The notes under the pieces: model-generated | Told to the model about the DNA's origin: nothing | The model's database searches: none | Seen by the model: only the letters and a program-made list of their open reading frames with translations | Made by a program: the position numbers and the translations under genes | Part shown: in pieces, positions 22,709 to 35,584 of the stretch | Layout: every line of letters starts with the position of its first letter | How positions within the stretch are numbered: the stretch's first letter is position 1 | Assembly (NCBI GenBank): GCA_010093995.1 | Contig: ML992502.1 | Coordinates: 1,406,711-1,457,119, forward strand | From: Elsinoe ampelina | Lineage: Eukaryota | Length of the DNA stretch: 50,409 nucleotides | Reading direction: 5' to 3'

Positions 22709-23766
22709 AGCAGTACAATACAACAAGTCAAGAAGATCTCTTCATAGATGAGCATCACCATGTGATAGCGGTTGAGAGACCAATGGTATTTGGCGCGGCA
22801 AAGGGTCCGGAGTTGCAAGGGACTGTAGTGCGGGTGGCCCGATGAGATTAGCCAGCACTCGAGACCGGTAGAGAGCAGTTGAGAATGGATCCAAAAGTGT
22901 CATGGAGAAGGTGAACTATTTGAAAGGAAATGACAGACCGGTCAACCAAAGTAGGACACGCCTAAGACTCCAGGCAGCTCCGCTCGTCGAGTAGCGACCT
23001 GGCAGGCGCGCAAATCCCTGCATAATGGAGCTGTCGTCTTGTCCGGTGGCCGAGATTGACTGGCGCTTGAGAGTCGACAGAGTGCGGCTGGACAGACAGT
23101 AGGGTTCATGGGTCGGTAGGGCATTCCGCAGTCAATGGCCCGGCAGTGACCGAGCTGTGAGCGACGGGCATCTTCTGACGAGTCGTTTATGGAACGTATC
23201 AGTCGTAGAGTGGGAGCTGAAAGGTGAGCCGGCACACGATTGGACCGTCGAAGGTAGGGGACATCAGGCAAGAGGCCTCGGCTCCGGTCCGACTGTGCAC
23301 TGGAGCAGACAGCCAAACACGACTATTCCGTTAGTGATGATACCAAGAGACCCGACAGAATGGATAACGGATGCGTTAATGAAACGGAGCCAAATATGCT
23401 TCTGAAGTTGCGCCTTGCCAACTAGCTGCATCGCCGAGCACCGCTTTTGCTGGCGAAGCCGCTACAAGCGCTGCGACCTGTCGTCCGAGCGCAATGTCGA
23501 ACTTCCGGTCAAGGGAAAACTCTGCTTGTTTGACATGCTGTGGTGTCTCCATTTTTTGAATTCGGAGTTGTGCTTGAATCATGAGGACAGGCGGATTTTT
23601 GTGCCTTTTTCCCCCCCTCCCTCCGATGCCTGACGCTGTGGCACGATCGACGTTCGAGGTGTCCGCACCGCGCCAGGCCGCAACGCCCGCCCGTGCCTGC
23701 AACCTGCAAAACCCTGAATAAAACAATCAGCCATGGCGGAGCACTGTCTCAACCACAGTTCATCAA

Positions 23767-26700
23767 CTATAAGGGCGAGCCTGGTCCCGCCGCAGATCCT
23801 TTATAGCCTGCAATATCCGAGCCAGACAACAATTCAACTTGTCTGCTCAACCGCGCCACGGTTGCCTCCAGCGATCTGATTGCTTCGACCGTGTCTGGCG
23901 CAGCTACATCTTGATCCCAAGCCGTATCCTGATCATCTCGAAACAGGTTATTGGGTTTGAGATTGGCAGCCGCAAGAGGCTGCGGCGTCGACAGTCGATT
24001 AAGTCGAGAATAACCCTTGTATCTCCGATGCCTGTCCGGAGTCATGGTTGCTGCAGCTAGAGGTAGGCTACCACCCCGTCGTCCCCATATTCGGTCTCGC
24101 AGCCTTTCGTAGCACTGGATGGCGAACACATGCGGAAAGTGTGTGCCCTTGAGTAGTGCTATCCTGACGGTGCGTTGTTGCTCCGCTGTCAAGCATAATC
24201 TCATTGGCCGCAGCGCCAATGGAATGAGGTTCTGTAGGCGACAGGTCAGTCACATCACTTGATCGTGCGGTAGCAGAGGTCCATGATAGGTTCCGATTAC
24301 TCCAGCTGAGCTGAATGCATGTGAAACTACCGCCTGAATGCAGTGCAGGTGATCTTCTGCGGTTGTCGTGTGATACAGGACTCACAGACACTTACCAAAG
24401 GTGGAAGGAAATAGGTGAGTCGATTGGATGTGCTTGCTTCTAGAACGAAGACGGAATAGCTGGTCGGATAATTAGCCTCCAGCTGGATGTGACTGTGCAT
24501 CCTCAGCGGGTAACCCACACAAACTTGTACTCATCACTCGCATGCTCGATGACCTGGTGTGCCCGATCAGCGCTTCTGTTCTCTAGATTACCTGCAATTG
24601 GTCGAATCCGGAAAAGGTACACCTCCACGACAAGCCTGCCGCGGCTGTGGGACGTGCTTGGCTGTGACCCTGTCGTTCATCCCATAGTCTGGTTGGCTTG
24701 ATTCATTCGCGGGATAATTGCTACGCCTCGCAATCGTGCTTGCTAATCAATTGTCATGTGGCATTGACAGCAGCATCGCCTCGACTGAACCAAAGCCTTA
24801 CCCCGGTATCATACCGAGAAGGGGCCGTCATGGAAATGGATGTGGGAACTTACTTTCGTTAGACTGTTCGATAGAAGTGAGATTAGAGAAGTGATCAGCA
24901 GGATGTTCGTCAGGCACACAAAGATGAGCATCAGTGGAGGGCCCAAAACTGGGGAAATCTAGCTGGTCAGTACCTAACATCTCATCCTGTGCCGAGATCC
25001 ATACCTGCTCTGCAACGTCCTACCGTAAACATTAGCAGGAGCGACACTACTTCTCAGCCACGTTGACTTACGAATCCCAGGTAACTGGAGCCAAAGAACA
25101 CTTTGATGAGGATCCATGACATTTGCCGGAACGTAAAGTTGCCTCTTGCTAGGAGCGAGAAGGTGGTGAGAAAACCTGTTCGAATGTCAGGGAAGCCTCG
25201 GAAAGCCAGGGCTATACCGCTCATTTGCTCACCTAGGTAAAGAATGACGACAAGACTCAAGAATTTGACAAAATCTTTAGTCTGTTGAGCTTAGCCTGTA
25301 TACGCGGTTTGCGCCACATGTTCAACACCCACCATATCTCGCAAACAGGGAAGCTAAGTCAAGTCAGTCAACGCTCTACATGTGAATTGATCCTTCTGTT
25401 CGAAAGTGGTATGGTGTCGTATCAATAGCTAAGCGATCAAAGCCACCATGTTGCCCAAAGGGTTTTCGGGTGTTGAAATGATCCTACTGTGCCGTGGCGT
25501 AGATTTTCCATCGACAGGCTGTCCCCATCCCTGACCCCTGACAGAGCTTTCCGATCGTTCTTGCCGCGATGATAAGTCTGTCTCATGATGGGAGACTTAC
25601 CAGTGTGCCAAAATACGGATGTAAGCTCAAGAGTGAGAAAATTCTACGTTGCGTGAGCAGCTTCCAGACTGTGGCCATGGACAACACGTACCTTGGGACC
25701 AGGAAAAGAGCTTCCATGGCCAGTATATCGAACGACGTGTCGATCACTCGTCGATTGCCCTGGCTGAGGCCAATGACACGACAAACAAGAAAGGACGCTC
25801 CTGTCGCAACGATGGCTACATCCCATAACGTCCAGAAATCCGAGAAGTAAAAGGCAGTACCTGCATCCCAGTATTCGCCAAATTCTATGCGATACTCAGC
25901 AATAGTATAATCTAGATGCTACCTCAATACTAACCATTGTAGGCAAAGCTCGCAAGCCAGATGTAAAGAAGGATCTCAGCAGTCGTGATATGCTCGAAGG
26001 ACTTCTCGATCAGAACAGTGTAGTAAAGAGCCAGGAAACCCAAGAAGAAAGCCACCTCAAACCACTTCAAGTACTTGGGGACTCTCAGCCTTGCATACGG
26101 ATCCGCAGAGCGTGCCTTGTAAATGTGTGCATGCTTCGTCGCATCGGTGCTGAGACTGGACCAGAAAGTGATGTCGCCGTCCCTGTCATGGTCAATACCA
26201 TAACTCGTCAGACGTGTCAGTAGTCCACATACCATATGGCCGTAACAATTCGCTGTATGGACTTGACACCGAGGAATTTCTTGGCTCCTGATACAGCTGC
26301 GACTTCCAAGGCGTTCAGCCCTTGGACATTTTCGAACAGCTGCGCCTGAGTTGTCTTTGCACTGAAGAGGGGACTTTCGGTGTTTCCATCCAGACCAAGG
26401 GATGTGGATGTCTCAAGGTGATCACCATATTCTAGCAACGGAGACTGCTCGCCTGTCAATCCCATTCCATTTTCAGCATTCTCAGAAGCCATTGCAGTAG
26501 GCTCTGGCACATCTCTGAGCAGCGAATCGATCAATTCCCGATCAGACATTTGCGAGACGAACTGGATGGCAACGTATTCGCAAGCTGCAGCCCTCGCAAC
26601 GTTCACACCTTCTTCGTCTTCGTCCTCCAGCGCAATGAAATGACCACTCAATGCCATGAGAGCTGACACAACCGCTGGATGGTGGATCTTTGTGGCCAGA

Positions 26701-26867
26701 AAGTGGCATAATGATTCCAAGGAGCCGTTCTTGTTCCTTTTGATCTCTTCAAAGGTGGTGGGTCGAGTGACAGCCCTGACGACATATGTCGCAAGCTTCC
26801 TTGCTAGGTCATCGAAGTCCTCGCCTCCACGGATGTTCGGAAGATGAACAGGTCTCCTTACTGACAT
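23767..26867 (-). CDS. Yvc1/TRP-like non-selective cation (Ca2+) channel, ~12 exons
   Basis: Spliced model gives ARAAACEYVA, NALEVAAVSGAKKFL, IWDGDITFW, DPYARLRVPKY, LFLVPRIFSLLSLHPYFGTLLPCLRDMTKDFVKFL, KVFFGSSYLGFDVAEQISPVLGPPLMLIF and LEASTSNRLTYFLPPLNLIPL. All 11 introns are GT-AG. Confidence 0.85.
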
Positions 26868-27413
26868 CCTGCTTAGTATGGTCCGGAGTCGTCGTCTGGC
26901 ATGGAGTGGTGGCGACCAGTGTTCGTGAATCAATCTCCGCCGACGTCCATTGGGTGTGTATAGTGAGCAACCAGAAGGCGTTTGCTGTAATGTACCTGCA
27001 GAGTATTCGCCGTGCTCTGTACAGATATCTGGTTTGTTGTCCCGGGTTGCAACAGGCTTCGGTTTGTGCTGCAGAGTGGGGTGCATGACTCGCGCTTGGC
27101 CCACTTTCCGTCATGCCGCATCTCCAGTCGCCGAGCGGCTCCAACTGTCACCAGAGCCGCATCTATCACCAATCGTCCCGCCTTGCACAACGAACGCCCT
27201 TTGTCCTTACAACCACACCACAATCGTGCTCCGCGCTTCGATGGGCAACATTCTGGTACGCTTCCGCAAGCTTGTCAATACATAGCCCAAGGCATGGCTA
27301 CAACGCAACTTCTACTATTGCCTGCAGTCCACTCCTTTCAATCTCGTTCGCTACCATCTGGTTCACCCGCCTGCGCATACATCGTCTGAGCCGCCAATTC
27401 ACGACCCTTGGAC

Positions 27414-30227
27414 ATGGCATCGAACACTTCCATGATCCCTTCAGCGAAGGATCTGATCATGGTCTTCCCTCGCCTCGCTCAGCGCGCCGGATCATTTGCC
27501 TGGTACCTCCCTGATCAGATGGATTCCATGCTGAGTAAGATACGGAATGGTGGTAGTGTGATTGCACATGCCACAGGAGCGAATACAAGCGCACCATCGG
27601 TGACGACGTCAAGTGCTAGTATCTTCATACAAAACACTGCGATCCCCGAAGCATCCGTGGCTGGGAACTCCACTGGGCTGTTCTCTTGGGTCAGCTCGAC
27701 AGTCCACTTCGAAGGTTTTCGTGGCTTTGGTGGCATGTTCTCGTACTTCGGATCCCGATGGGCATTAGCTACCTTCGCGGTGTCGATCTTCCTCAACAGG
27801 ACGCATTTCTATGCATCCTCGCGACAGAGCCTTGAGCTGAAGTGGAGGACCCGCCTGCTGCTTTATGCTACGCCTATTGCACTGCTCCTTTTTCAGACTC
27901 TATGGGTCCTCCAGGCAATGAGGTGTCAGACGTCACCCGACTTTGCATTCTACCGGTACAGAGATCCGGACAAGAACCTCGCCATCAATTTTGGTGGGGA
28001 AGGAGGATTCATGCATCGACTGAGTTCGACCCTACTCTTCTGGCAGGATGATAGCGCAAGCTGCGACGCTATGAGCATGTCGATCAAGGATGACAACAAG
28101 CTCAACGTGCTTGGGTCTTTCTCCTTCGTCTGGCCCTTTTTCATCACCATCTGTGTCAGTCAATTTGTGGAGACATTGGCATGCGCGCTGCAGGGCAGAC
28201 AACCTATGCAGGAGACCGGCATGACGACCTTCGAACATTCTCTCGCGTTCGCCGAATGCGAAGCAATGATCAGCAATGCTCCCGGACTGGGAATCTTCAA
28301 CGCCTCCAAGCAAGATCGGCCTGCGGAATCCACCGGCAGCTCTTCTCCTTCAAGTGGGGATCAGCTACTGTTGACAAAGTCAATGATTCTTAGACGTCTG
28401 AATGTCCCGTCGGAAGTACTACTTATCTCGTTCATCTCCTGCCTGAGTCATTTAAGCAGCGCGATCCTGGCAGTCTCCGGAAAGCGGCACAAGTATCGTT
28501 TAGTCAACACGGGTATCTGGGCAATGTGCTATCTCAGTGCGTTCATCTGGAGCTTCTTCCGCGTCATGTCCAGCCCTTTCGGGGGTGACAACGATCTGGG
28601 CATATTACGCTTCCCTACCGTCTGTATCATCGGCTTCATTCCTCACATCTTGATCCTCTTTGGCATCTCGGTATGTGCCTTCATTTACGGGACTGCACTG
28701 ATCGTCACCATGGTTTCACTGCCACCTGATGCTCCACCAGATCTTACAATGCGTCAGCGATTCTCCGTGGCGTTTGACAACCTACAAGCTAATGTGCAAT
28801 TCTCCTCTTCGTCATCGATAAAGCTCAATTGGCATGAAGACTTCTACACCAATTTGCTGAAAGTCGGTTTCAATATCCTCACTGCGGCAAGCGAAGCAGT
28901 CTACTTGAACGAGGGCAGCAGAATCAAGATTCACGACATGACATGGCTGGAACAGAATCGCTTGCGCGAACTTGTAAAGTCGCACAGGGAGAAGTCTCGA
29001 CCGGCAATACCAGAGGAATTGCAAGGCCAGGAAATCGCTCGAGGACTGGAATATTCGGACACCAGCGTCAGTGAGTCCGGCTCTGGATATGCGAAAGAGC
29101 GCAAATCAAGGTCGAAGAAGAGAGGCACTTCCGAAAGTGGTCACGCGGATAGTGGATTAGGCTTGTCTGAGCGCCGCAGCAGGTGGGAGCTGGTCGTGGA
29201 ATTTCTGAACGGGGTCGTATTGCTTGTGGCGCGTATTCTGGCACGTTCGACGGCGGGTGTTCTAGGCAAGCTCGGCATCGAGACTCGTCCAGCTTGGTTA
29301 CTCAGATATGCCGGATATAGCAGCGGCGCCAAAGTGAGATCGCGCAAGCACCCGGCACGCAATGCCAACCTGCGGGACTTCTGGGTCATTGGTGAAGATG
29401 GTGCACTGGCACTACCGAAGGACACCAATGTCGACGTGGAGCAGGAGACGAGACAGCGACTGCATGCCATGTCACGAGGTGTTACCGAAGAGCAAGTCGA
29501 GGACAATCTTTATCAATGGTGGAAGGGTGGCGGCTGGTGGGGCGACATTGACAGCAGTGGCGACTACGCACCCACTGCTCACGGCAACGACGAGGACGAT
29601 TTGACGAGTGTGATCTCTGCATCTGATGTCTCAAGCGTGGCAGGATCCGGCTGGGAGACCGATGGACAGTTGACACCCACTGAGGGTGATCCCTTCCCTG
29701 GCCGAGGGCAACGTGGTGGCGGTCGCGGTACTTCTGGTCTCGATATAGCAGAGCTCTCTCGCCTGCTCGACCCACGTTCAGCTGAAGAGCGTGAGGAAGC
29801 CCGCATTCTATCTCGACATCTCCTGAGCGACGACATCATGACGAGATCACAGTATCGCCGACGAGTGAATCAAGAGAAGGCAAGGCTCCTGTCACTACCC
29901 GGCCAAGCACCATCGTCCCAGCAGCTCCGCGCCGACGCAGAGCTAGATGAGGAGCGAGCACTAGAGCAGTTCATCCTGGAGCGAAGGGAGAAGACACGCG
30001 CGAACGCAGCACAAGCTCAGTCATGGATGTCCGGGGCCGAGGGTATGGGTGCGGGCGGTCCCCAGTGCGTGGTCTGCCAGTCAAACCCAAGAGCCATTTT
30101 GGTTTGGCCGTGTGGTTGTCTCAGCATCTGTGACGAATGCAGGGTTGGTGTTGCTGCCAGGAACTTTGCGAGCTGTCTATGCTGCCGTACCAACGTGGTA
30201 GCTTATTCGAGACTTTATGTACCTTAG
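27414..30227 (+). CDS. Asi1/Asi3-like multi-pass membrane RING E3 ubiquitin ligase
   Basis: Several TM segments, ETGMTTFEHSLAFAECE, RFPTVCIIGFIPH, and C-terminal RING CVVCQSNPRAILVWPCGCLSICDECR..CLCCR..YSRLYVP. First ATG at 27414. Confidence 0.85.
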   Translation: MASNTSMIPSAKDLIMVFPRLAQRAGSFAWYLPDQMDSMLSKIRNGGSVIAHATGANTSAPSVTTSSASIFIQNTAIPEASVAGNSTGLFSWVSSTVHFEGFRGFGGMFSYFGSRWALATFAVSIFLNRTHFYASSRQSLELKWRTRLLLYATPIALLLFQTLWVLQAMRCQTSPDFAFYRYRDPDKNLAINFGGEGGFMHRLSSTLLFWQDDSASCDAMSMSIKDDNKLNVLGSFSFVWPFFITICVSQFVETLACALQGRQPMQETGMTTFEHSLAFAECEAMISNAPGLGIFNASKQDRPAESTGSSSPSSGDQLLLTKSMILRRLNVPSEVLLISFISCLSHLSSAILAVSGKRHKYRLVNTGIWAMCYLSAFIWSFFRVMSSPFGGDNDLGILRFPTVCIIGFIPHILILFGISVCAFIYGTALIVTMVSLPPDAPPDLTMRQRFSVAFDNLQANVQFSSSSSIKLNWHEDFYTNLLKVGFNILTAASEAVYLNEGSRIKIHDMTWLEQNRLRELVKSHREKSRPAIPEELQGQEIARGLEYSDTSVSESGSGYAKERKSRSKKRGTSESGHADSGLGLSERRSRWELVVEFLNGVVLLVARILARSTAGVLGKLGIETRPAWLLRYAGYSSGAKVRSRKHPARNANLRDFWVIGEDGALALPKDTNVDVEQETRQRLHAMSRGVTEEQVEDNLYQWWKGGGWWGDIDSSGDYAPTAHGNDEDDLTSVISASDVSSVAGSGWETDGQLTPTEGDPFPGRGQRGGGRGTSGLDIAELSRLLDPRSAEEREEARILSRHLLSDDIMTRSQYRRRVNQEKARLLSLPGQAPSSQQLRADAELDEERALEQFILERREKTRANAAQAQSWMSGAEGMGAGGPQCVVCQSNPRAILVWPCGCLSICDECRVGVAARNFASCLCCRTNVVAYSRLYVP

Positions 30228-30501
30228 CGATTGCATCATTACGTGCTCACGATAGCGAAGTATACTATCATCATTCTGTTTCTTCACATGCCGCATATGC
30301 TCGGTGTCAGCCATTGTGAAACATCTCGCCAAGAACGGAAGAGTCGTGAGGCTCCGCTAAAGCCATCTCCGGGCGCAATCTTGTCGTTCCGCTCGACAAC
30401 ATCGACAATGCTCAGAAACCATCAGAAAATCTTCAGAAAAATACGCTAGGGTACCGCGTAAATTTCACAATCACTGAAGTAGTCGAAAACAATAATTTAA
30501 G

Positions 30502-32172
30502 ATGGGTGGAGGCGCGGTATCAGAGGAAAAGGGCGAGATGGGAATGGCCACCCTCTCCACCGTTCGGTAAGCACAGGGTATGCAACAACAGGCCGTTCAC
30601 ATGCTAACATCTGGACAGCGTAGGCGTAAAGGCTATGGTCGAAAAGGTTTGTTCATCCCTCTTTTCCATGCTTCATGCAATTCAAAATAATTTACATATT
30701 GCCGTCTCTCTGTAAGACCCCATGAAAGATCCTGACCATGTTTCCAGGAAGGCGAGAAACGCAGAGCAGAAATCCTGTCAATCAAGACGATTCGAGGCAA
30801 CCTCTCGTTCTACGTCCACTACGAGGAATTCAACAAGCGTCTGGACGAATGGGTATCATCAGAACGACTCGATCTCTCCCAACCTGTAGAGTGGCCTGTC
30901 CCCGAGAAGCCAGATGCAAAGACCAAGAAAGCGACCGGCAAGGCCGACAAAGCAGACACATCCAAGACCTCAAAGGCACAAAAGGCGACCAAACGACCAC
31001 GGGCTCAAACTCGAGATACCTCAGCAACGCCCACAGATGTCAGCTCCAAAGCAGGAACCCGCCGCCCCTCCCTCTCCGGTGGCAAAGAAAACCGCGACCC
31101 AGCCATCACTCTCCTCACCCCCGACGTAGACGGCACCCCGGGCCCCGACGACGACGGCACCATCGACCTCCTCGACGCCTCCGAATCCGCCGCCGCCGCC
31201 AAAGCCGGACCCACAGAGGCCTACTCGCGCGAAGAAGAAATCGAAAAACTCCGCACGGGGGGCTCCATGACGCAAAACCAGACGGAAATCTCGCGGGTGC
31301 GCAACCTCGAACGCATCCAAATGGGCCAGCACGAGATCGAACCGTGGTACTTCTCCCCATACCCGTCCGAGTTCTCCGACGCCGAAATGGTCTTTATATG
31401 CGAGATGTGCCTGCTCTACTTTGACAACGAGCGCCAGTTCCGGAGGCACCGCGAGAAGTGCACGCTCATGCACCCGCCCGGCAACGAGATATACCGGGAC
31501 GATTACGTGTCGTTCTTCGAGATCGACGGGCGGAGACAGCGCACTTGGTGCCGCAATCTGTGTCTGCTCAGTAAGCTGTTCCTGGACCACAAGACGCTGT
31601 ACTACGACGTCGACCCGTTTTTGTTCTATTGCATGACGTCGAGGGATGAGCACGGGCATCATCTGGTCGGGTATTTCAGCAAGGAGAAGGAGTCGGCCGA
31701 GGGGTACAATGTCGCTTGCATCTTGACGCTCCCGCAGTTTCAACGCAAGGGCTACGGGCGGCTGCTGATTGCCTTTTCGTACGAGTTGTCCAAGAGGGAA
31801 GGCAAGCTTGGTTCGCCGGAGAAACCCCTCTCGGATCTTGGCTTGTTGGGTTATCGCGCGTTTTGGCTGGAGACGATCGTCGCGCTGCTGCTCGAGTTGG
31901 AGGAGAGTGGGAGGAAGGATATCAGTGTGGAGGAGGTAGGCGCGTTGACGGCCATGACGACGGCGGATGTGTTGCATACGCTGCAGTCGGCGAATATGCT
32001 GCGGTACAGTCAGAAGAATCACCATGTGATTGTGTTGACGAATGCCGTGGTGGAACAGAGGGAGAGACAGGTCGAGAAGGAGAAGATCAAGGGGAAGAGG
32101 AGCATTGATGCTGACAAGTTGGTGTGGAAGCCTCCTGTGTTTACGGCGAGCAGTCGTACGTGGAATTGGTAG
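30502..32172 (+). CDS. ESA1: MYST histone acetyltransferase Esa1 (NuA4); exons 30502-30566, 30619-30646, 30748-32172
   Basis: Tudor-knot [58 protein letters not shown] acetyl-CoA motif, [11 protein letters not shown]. Introns 30567-30618 and 30647-30747. Confidence 0.96.
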
Positions 32173-32484
32173 ATTTGGGCATAGGCAGGTACGGCTTGAT
32201 GTTGGCGTTCAGGAGATACCCAGGGGCATGTATACAAGGCAATTGATTTGGAATGATCTCTCGTCCATGTGCGTCGTACATTATCAGGTCTATGAGAATT
32301 TTCTAGCCCTGCTTGCTTTGTCGCAGGCAATGCGTTTTCGTGATCGGCCACGCTGAATGTGGTCTCTATCGTGACCGTGTCTTCTTAAGGTAATGAGATG
32401 CCGTTGTGATCCTGAACGTCTCTTGCGGTACCGCGATGTCGTTTCCGCCATAATGGGTGTCGTGAAGAAGGAAGGTATCGTCGC

Positions 32485-33583
32485 TTAGAGAAAATAGTCT
32501 GGCGTTCTACGTGACACCATCGGCTCGCCAGCTCTTGGACAAGGGTCGAATTGGAGGCTGAAAGTTATACGTTAGCGTTTCGAATCAGGTCAGCAAAGTG
32601 ATCAACTCACAAGGTGTACTTGAGGTGTTCGTCAATCTCCATGATTGCAGCTTGATTACCACATCGGTAGCAGTAGTTTGGCGCAGAGAAAATGGTCACC
32701 ACGTTCCTATCCTGACTCCAATTATACCCCTCCATGACCAGCTGATGTGCTCGAGCGACAAGCGTCAAACCGTTGTTATGGTTGAAGGCCTCGCTGATAT
32801 CTTGGCCGAATGTGTATCCTGCTCCTCTTGGGCTTATTCCCCATCCGCACCTGTCGTCTGGATCGGACCAGAGAAGATCACACATGGGGCCTTCGTGAGG
32901 CACTTCCTGGATGCGGTCGAGTGCTCGGATGTTGTCGAGAGTGTCAATGCTGGGTGACAGACCTCCGTGGAGACAGAAGATCTGGTTGTCGATCAAGGCG
33001 GTCAGGGGCAGGTAATCGAAAAGGTCGGTAAAGTACTTCCAGACATTCGCGTTGCCATACTTGCGCAGACATTCGTCGTAGAAGCCGTAAACTTGTGTGA
33101 TCTGGCGAGATTCGTGGTTCCCACGCAGGATGGTGATCCGTTGTGGGTATCTGATTTTGAGAGCTACCAGAAGCGTGACTGTCTCGACAGAGAAGTATCC
33201 TCGATCGACATAGTCGCCCATGAAGAGGTAGTTCGTGTCTGGGTTGGGTCCGCCAATCTTGAACAGCTCCATGAGGTCGTGAAATTGTCCGTGAATATCA
33301 CCGCAGACAGTGACGGGGCATTTCACTGGTTGAACGTTGGACTCGTCTTGTAGGATCTCCCTTGCCTAAATCGAATGTCAGATATTGTCTTCCACGTGTT
33401 TGCAGCTCTTCCACGATGACTGACCTTGTCGCACAGTCTTTGTACATCAGCCTCGGTCAATTGCTTGCAAGCCATCAAGTTCTCAATCCAGCTGTCGAGA
33501 GTTCCTGTGGAAGGGGGGTCTGTCATGGTCGAGACTGGTGTGGCTTCGGGAAGCTTGCCAACATCTTCCATGTTGGCATCCAT
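32485..33583 (-). CDS. PPH21: Protein phosphatase 2A catalytic subunit; exons 33583-33425, 33365-32611, 32557-32485
   Basis: [29 protein letters not shown] and the invariant C-terminal TPDYFL after intron removal. Confidence 0.97.
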
Positions 33584-34003
33584 GGTGGAAGAGCTTTGCG
33601 GTGCGTTCAGTGTCAAGTCGCAATTGGTGTCTGATATTGCGGCTCTATAGCTGTCGGATCACACAAGGAGGTGTCGTGTGATTTGGGGTGGGCGGACGCA
33701 ATTTATCGTCTGTCGGTGCTGAGAGTCTCGATTGAGGGGTCGATGGCGCTTGAAAGATGCAAGTTGGGGGGGCGGGTGATCGGGCTTGAGGCTGCAGAGT
33801 CAATGGACGGGGATGGGATTCAGCTTGAATTGATGATGATGTGGGATGGTGTCTCGAAGCAGCAGCTCTGTGTTTGGGGAGAACTGGTCCGTGCACGTGC
33901 CCGCCGCTGATGTTCGCAGGAGGCAATATTTCTCAACGACGACGTTTTCACAATCCCATCACTGCCTTTCGGACGATCCTCATCGTAGGTTGTAAAAGTT
34001 TCA

Positions 34004-35038
34004 TTATCTTCGAACAGAAGACAGCTCATTGATATCTACTCCCATCTTTTCAAACCTCTTCTTCTCATAAGTCTTGGTGGCGATCCAATTCGATGCAATC
34101 ATGCACAGCGCGATCACAACTATCAGTCCGCTTAAGATGACCAGTGACACTATGCTAAAGACGGTGAAGCCGTAGCTAGCATTCTGAAAGCTTGCATTCC
34201 CAGCCAACCTCTCTGTTGCAATCCCAAGCTGCATGGCGCTGATGACAACAACCACAAAGGCAAACACCAAGCTGAGATATGCAAAATTATCTCGTAGCCA
34301 GTCGTCGTACGATGATGGGCTCCCGATCGAGGAGAATCCTCGGAAAATATGTCCTTTGCCGTACTTGTAGACCTTGTTCAGTCGCGGCATTCTCAGCTCG
34401 CCATACCAGTACCGCGGATTGACTGATTGGTAAGTGTGGTTGGTAAGGTATTCCTCGCACAGGATTCTCCAGGACGACCAGTCAACTTCCTCGGGAATCA
34501 AGAATTTCTCCTTTGCTATCTGAAAATCGGACTCGTAAGCGATGAGCGCTGTGTACGAGAAGAGGAGCCCACGAGCACAAGCAGCCAGATCATCAACGCT
34601 GGCAGTGTATGTTCCCTGAACAGTCGATTGACCATGCATTTTCAAGGCATGATCGTTTAGACTACCACTTCCATTCGGATCAGATAGGTGCGTCCTCCAG
34701 AAACCAGGATGCAAAAGGTAAGCTGGGAGGGGTTTGAGGTAAATCTTGTCGCTAGCCCATACACAGTGATGGTCGGCCTCTTCAGCTATGGTGATTTCTC
34801 GCCCGAGCAAGACCTGCTTGTGGAGTGGTCTCGGTGGCATCGGTCTTCCACATATCCAGAGATGTTTCCGGATTGCATCAATTCTCGGGATGAGCAGTTC
34901 ATTCTCGAGGAAGACACGGGTGTCCGATTGACTCGGCGAGACGATGTGGTCCCCTCTCATACGGTGGGACGCTGGAAGCAGTGTAGAGAGATCGACTTGC
35001 CATTCTTTAAGAGGGCAGGTCTCGAAAGGAGACTCCAT
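34004..35038 (-). CDS. Uncharacterised fungal protein with two C-terminal TM helices, resembling DUF6601
   Basis: Motifs LWICGRPMPPRPLHKQ..REI.I.E, IYLKPLPAYLL, ARGLLFSYTALIAYESDF.IA, RYWYGELRMPRLNKVY and VVISAMQLGIAT; two hydrophobic helices near the C-terminus. Family assignment is from recall, not a search. Confidence 0.75.
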   Translation of the reverse strand: MESPFETCPLKEWQVDLSTLLPASHRMRGDHIVSPSQSDTRVFLENELLIPRIDAIRKHLWICGRPMPPRPLHKQVLLGREITIAEEADHHCVWASDKIYLKPLPAYLLHPGFWRTHLSDPNGSGSLNDHALKMHGQSTVQGTYTASVDDLAACARGLLFSYTALIAYESDFQIAKEKFLIPEEVDWSSWRILCEEYLTNHTYQSVNPRYWYGELRMPRLNKVYKYGKGHIFRGFSSIGSPSSYDDWLRDNFAYLSLVFAFVVVVISAMQLGIATERLAGNASFQNASYGFTVFSIVSLVILSGLIVVIALCMIASNWIATKTYEKKRFEKMGVDINELSSVRR

Positions 35039-35584
35039 GACTGCAGCTACTCGACTTGTCACGAATGAGACTTATCATTCTGCCAGCTGTGGTCGACTTC
35101 TTGAATGTGGATGGTCAAGTCCTCAGCTGAAGAGCTGAAAGCTTCAACGACCAATGATGTATTTTTAGGCCTTCTTGAATCTCACCTACATTAGTCGCTA
35201 TCGACTAGCACAGATGGGGCCAAAGTTTGACAATTGTGGCGTTGAAAAGCACCCCCACAGATCGCGTTGCGCCCTTCTTCCTTGCCTACTCTTTAGCAGT
35301 AACCTTCCAGCCAGTCCTGTTCATGTCAGACATTTGATCATGCCCACCACTAGTAATGCCACAATGCCATTTCCTACATTCGGCAGATATTCTGCAAGGC
35401 CGGCGACCGCAATCTCGGCAGGTCGCCATACTCTTCTCAGCTGCACCCAGGTAGGACGCACGAGTTTATCCAGTCGAGGCTAGCCAGCAGCTACATAACC
35501 ACGTCAGCTTCCCAATGCACAGCATAAAGATACTAATCGCATGGATGACTCCATGTGCTTTCGTGTTTCACCACTACATGCGAC

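Noticed and set aside
26868..27104. N-terminal extension of ORF 26217-27104
   Set aside because: Begins at a non-ATG codon in the divergent promoter region; family-like sequence starts at ATG 26867.
31021..32025. 334-aa antisense ORF over ESA1
   Set aside because: Mirror of a highly conserved CDS; explained by codon bias.
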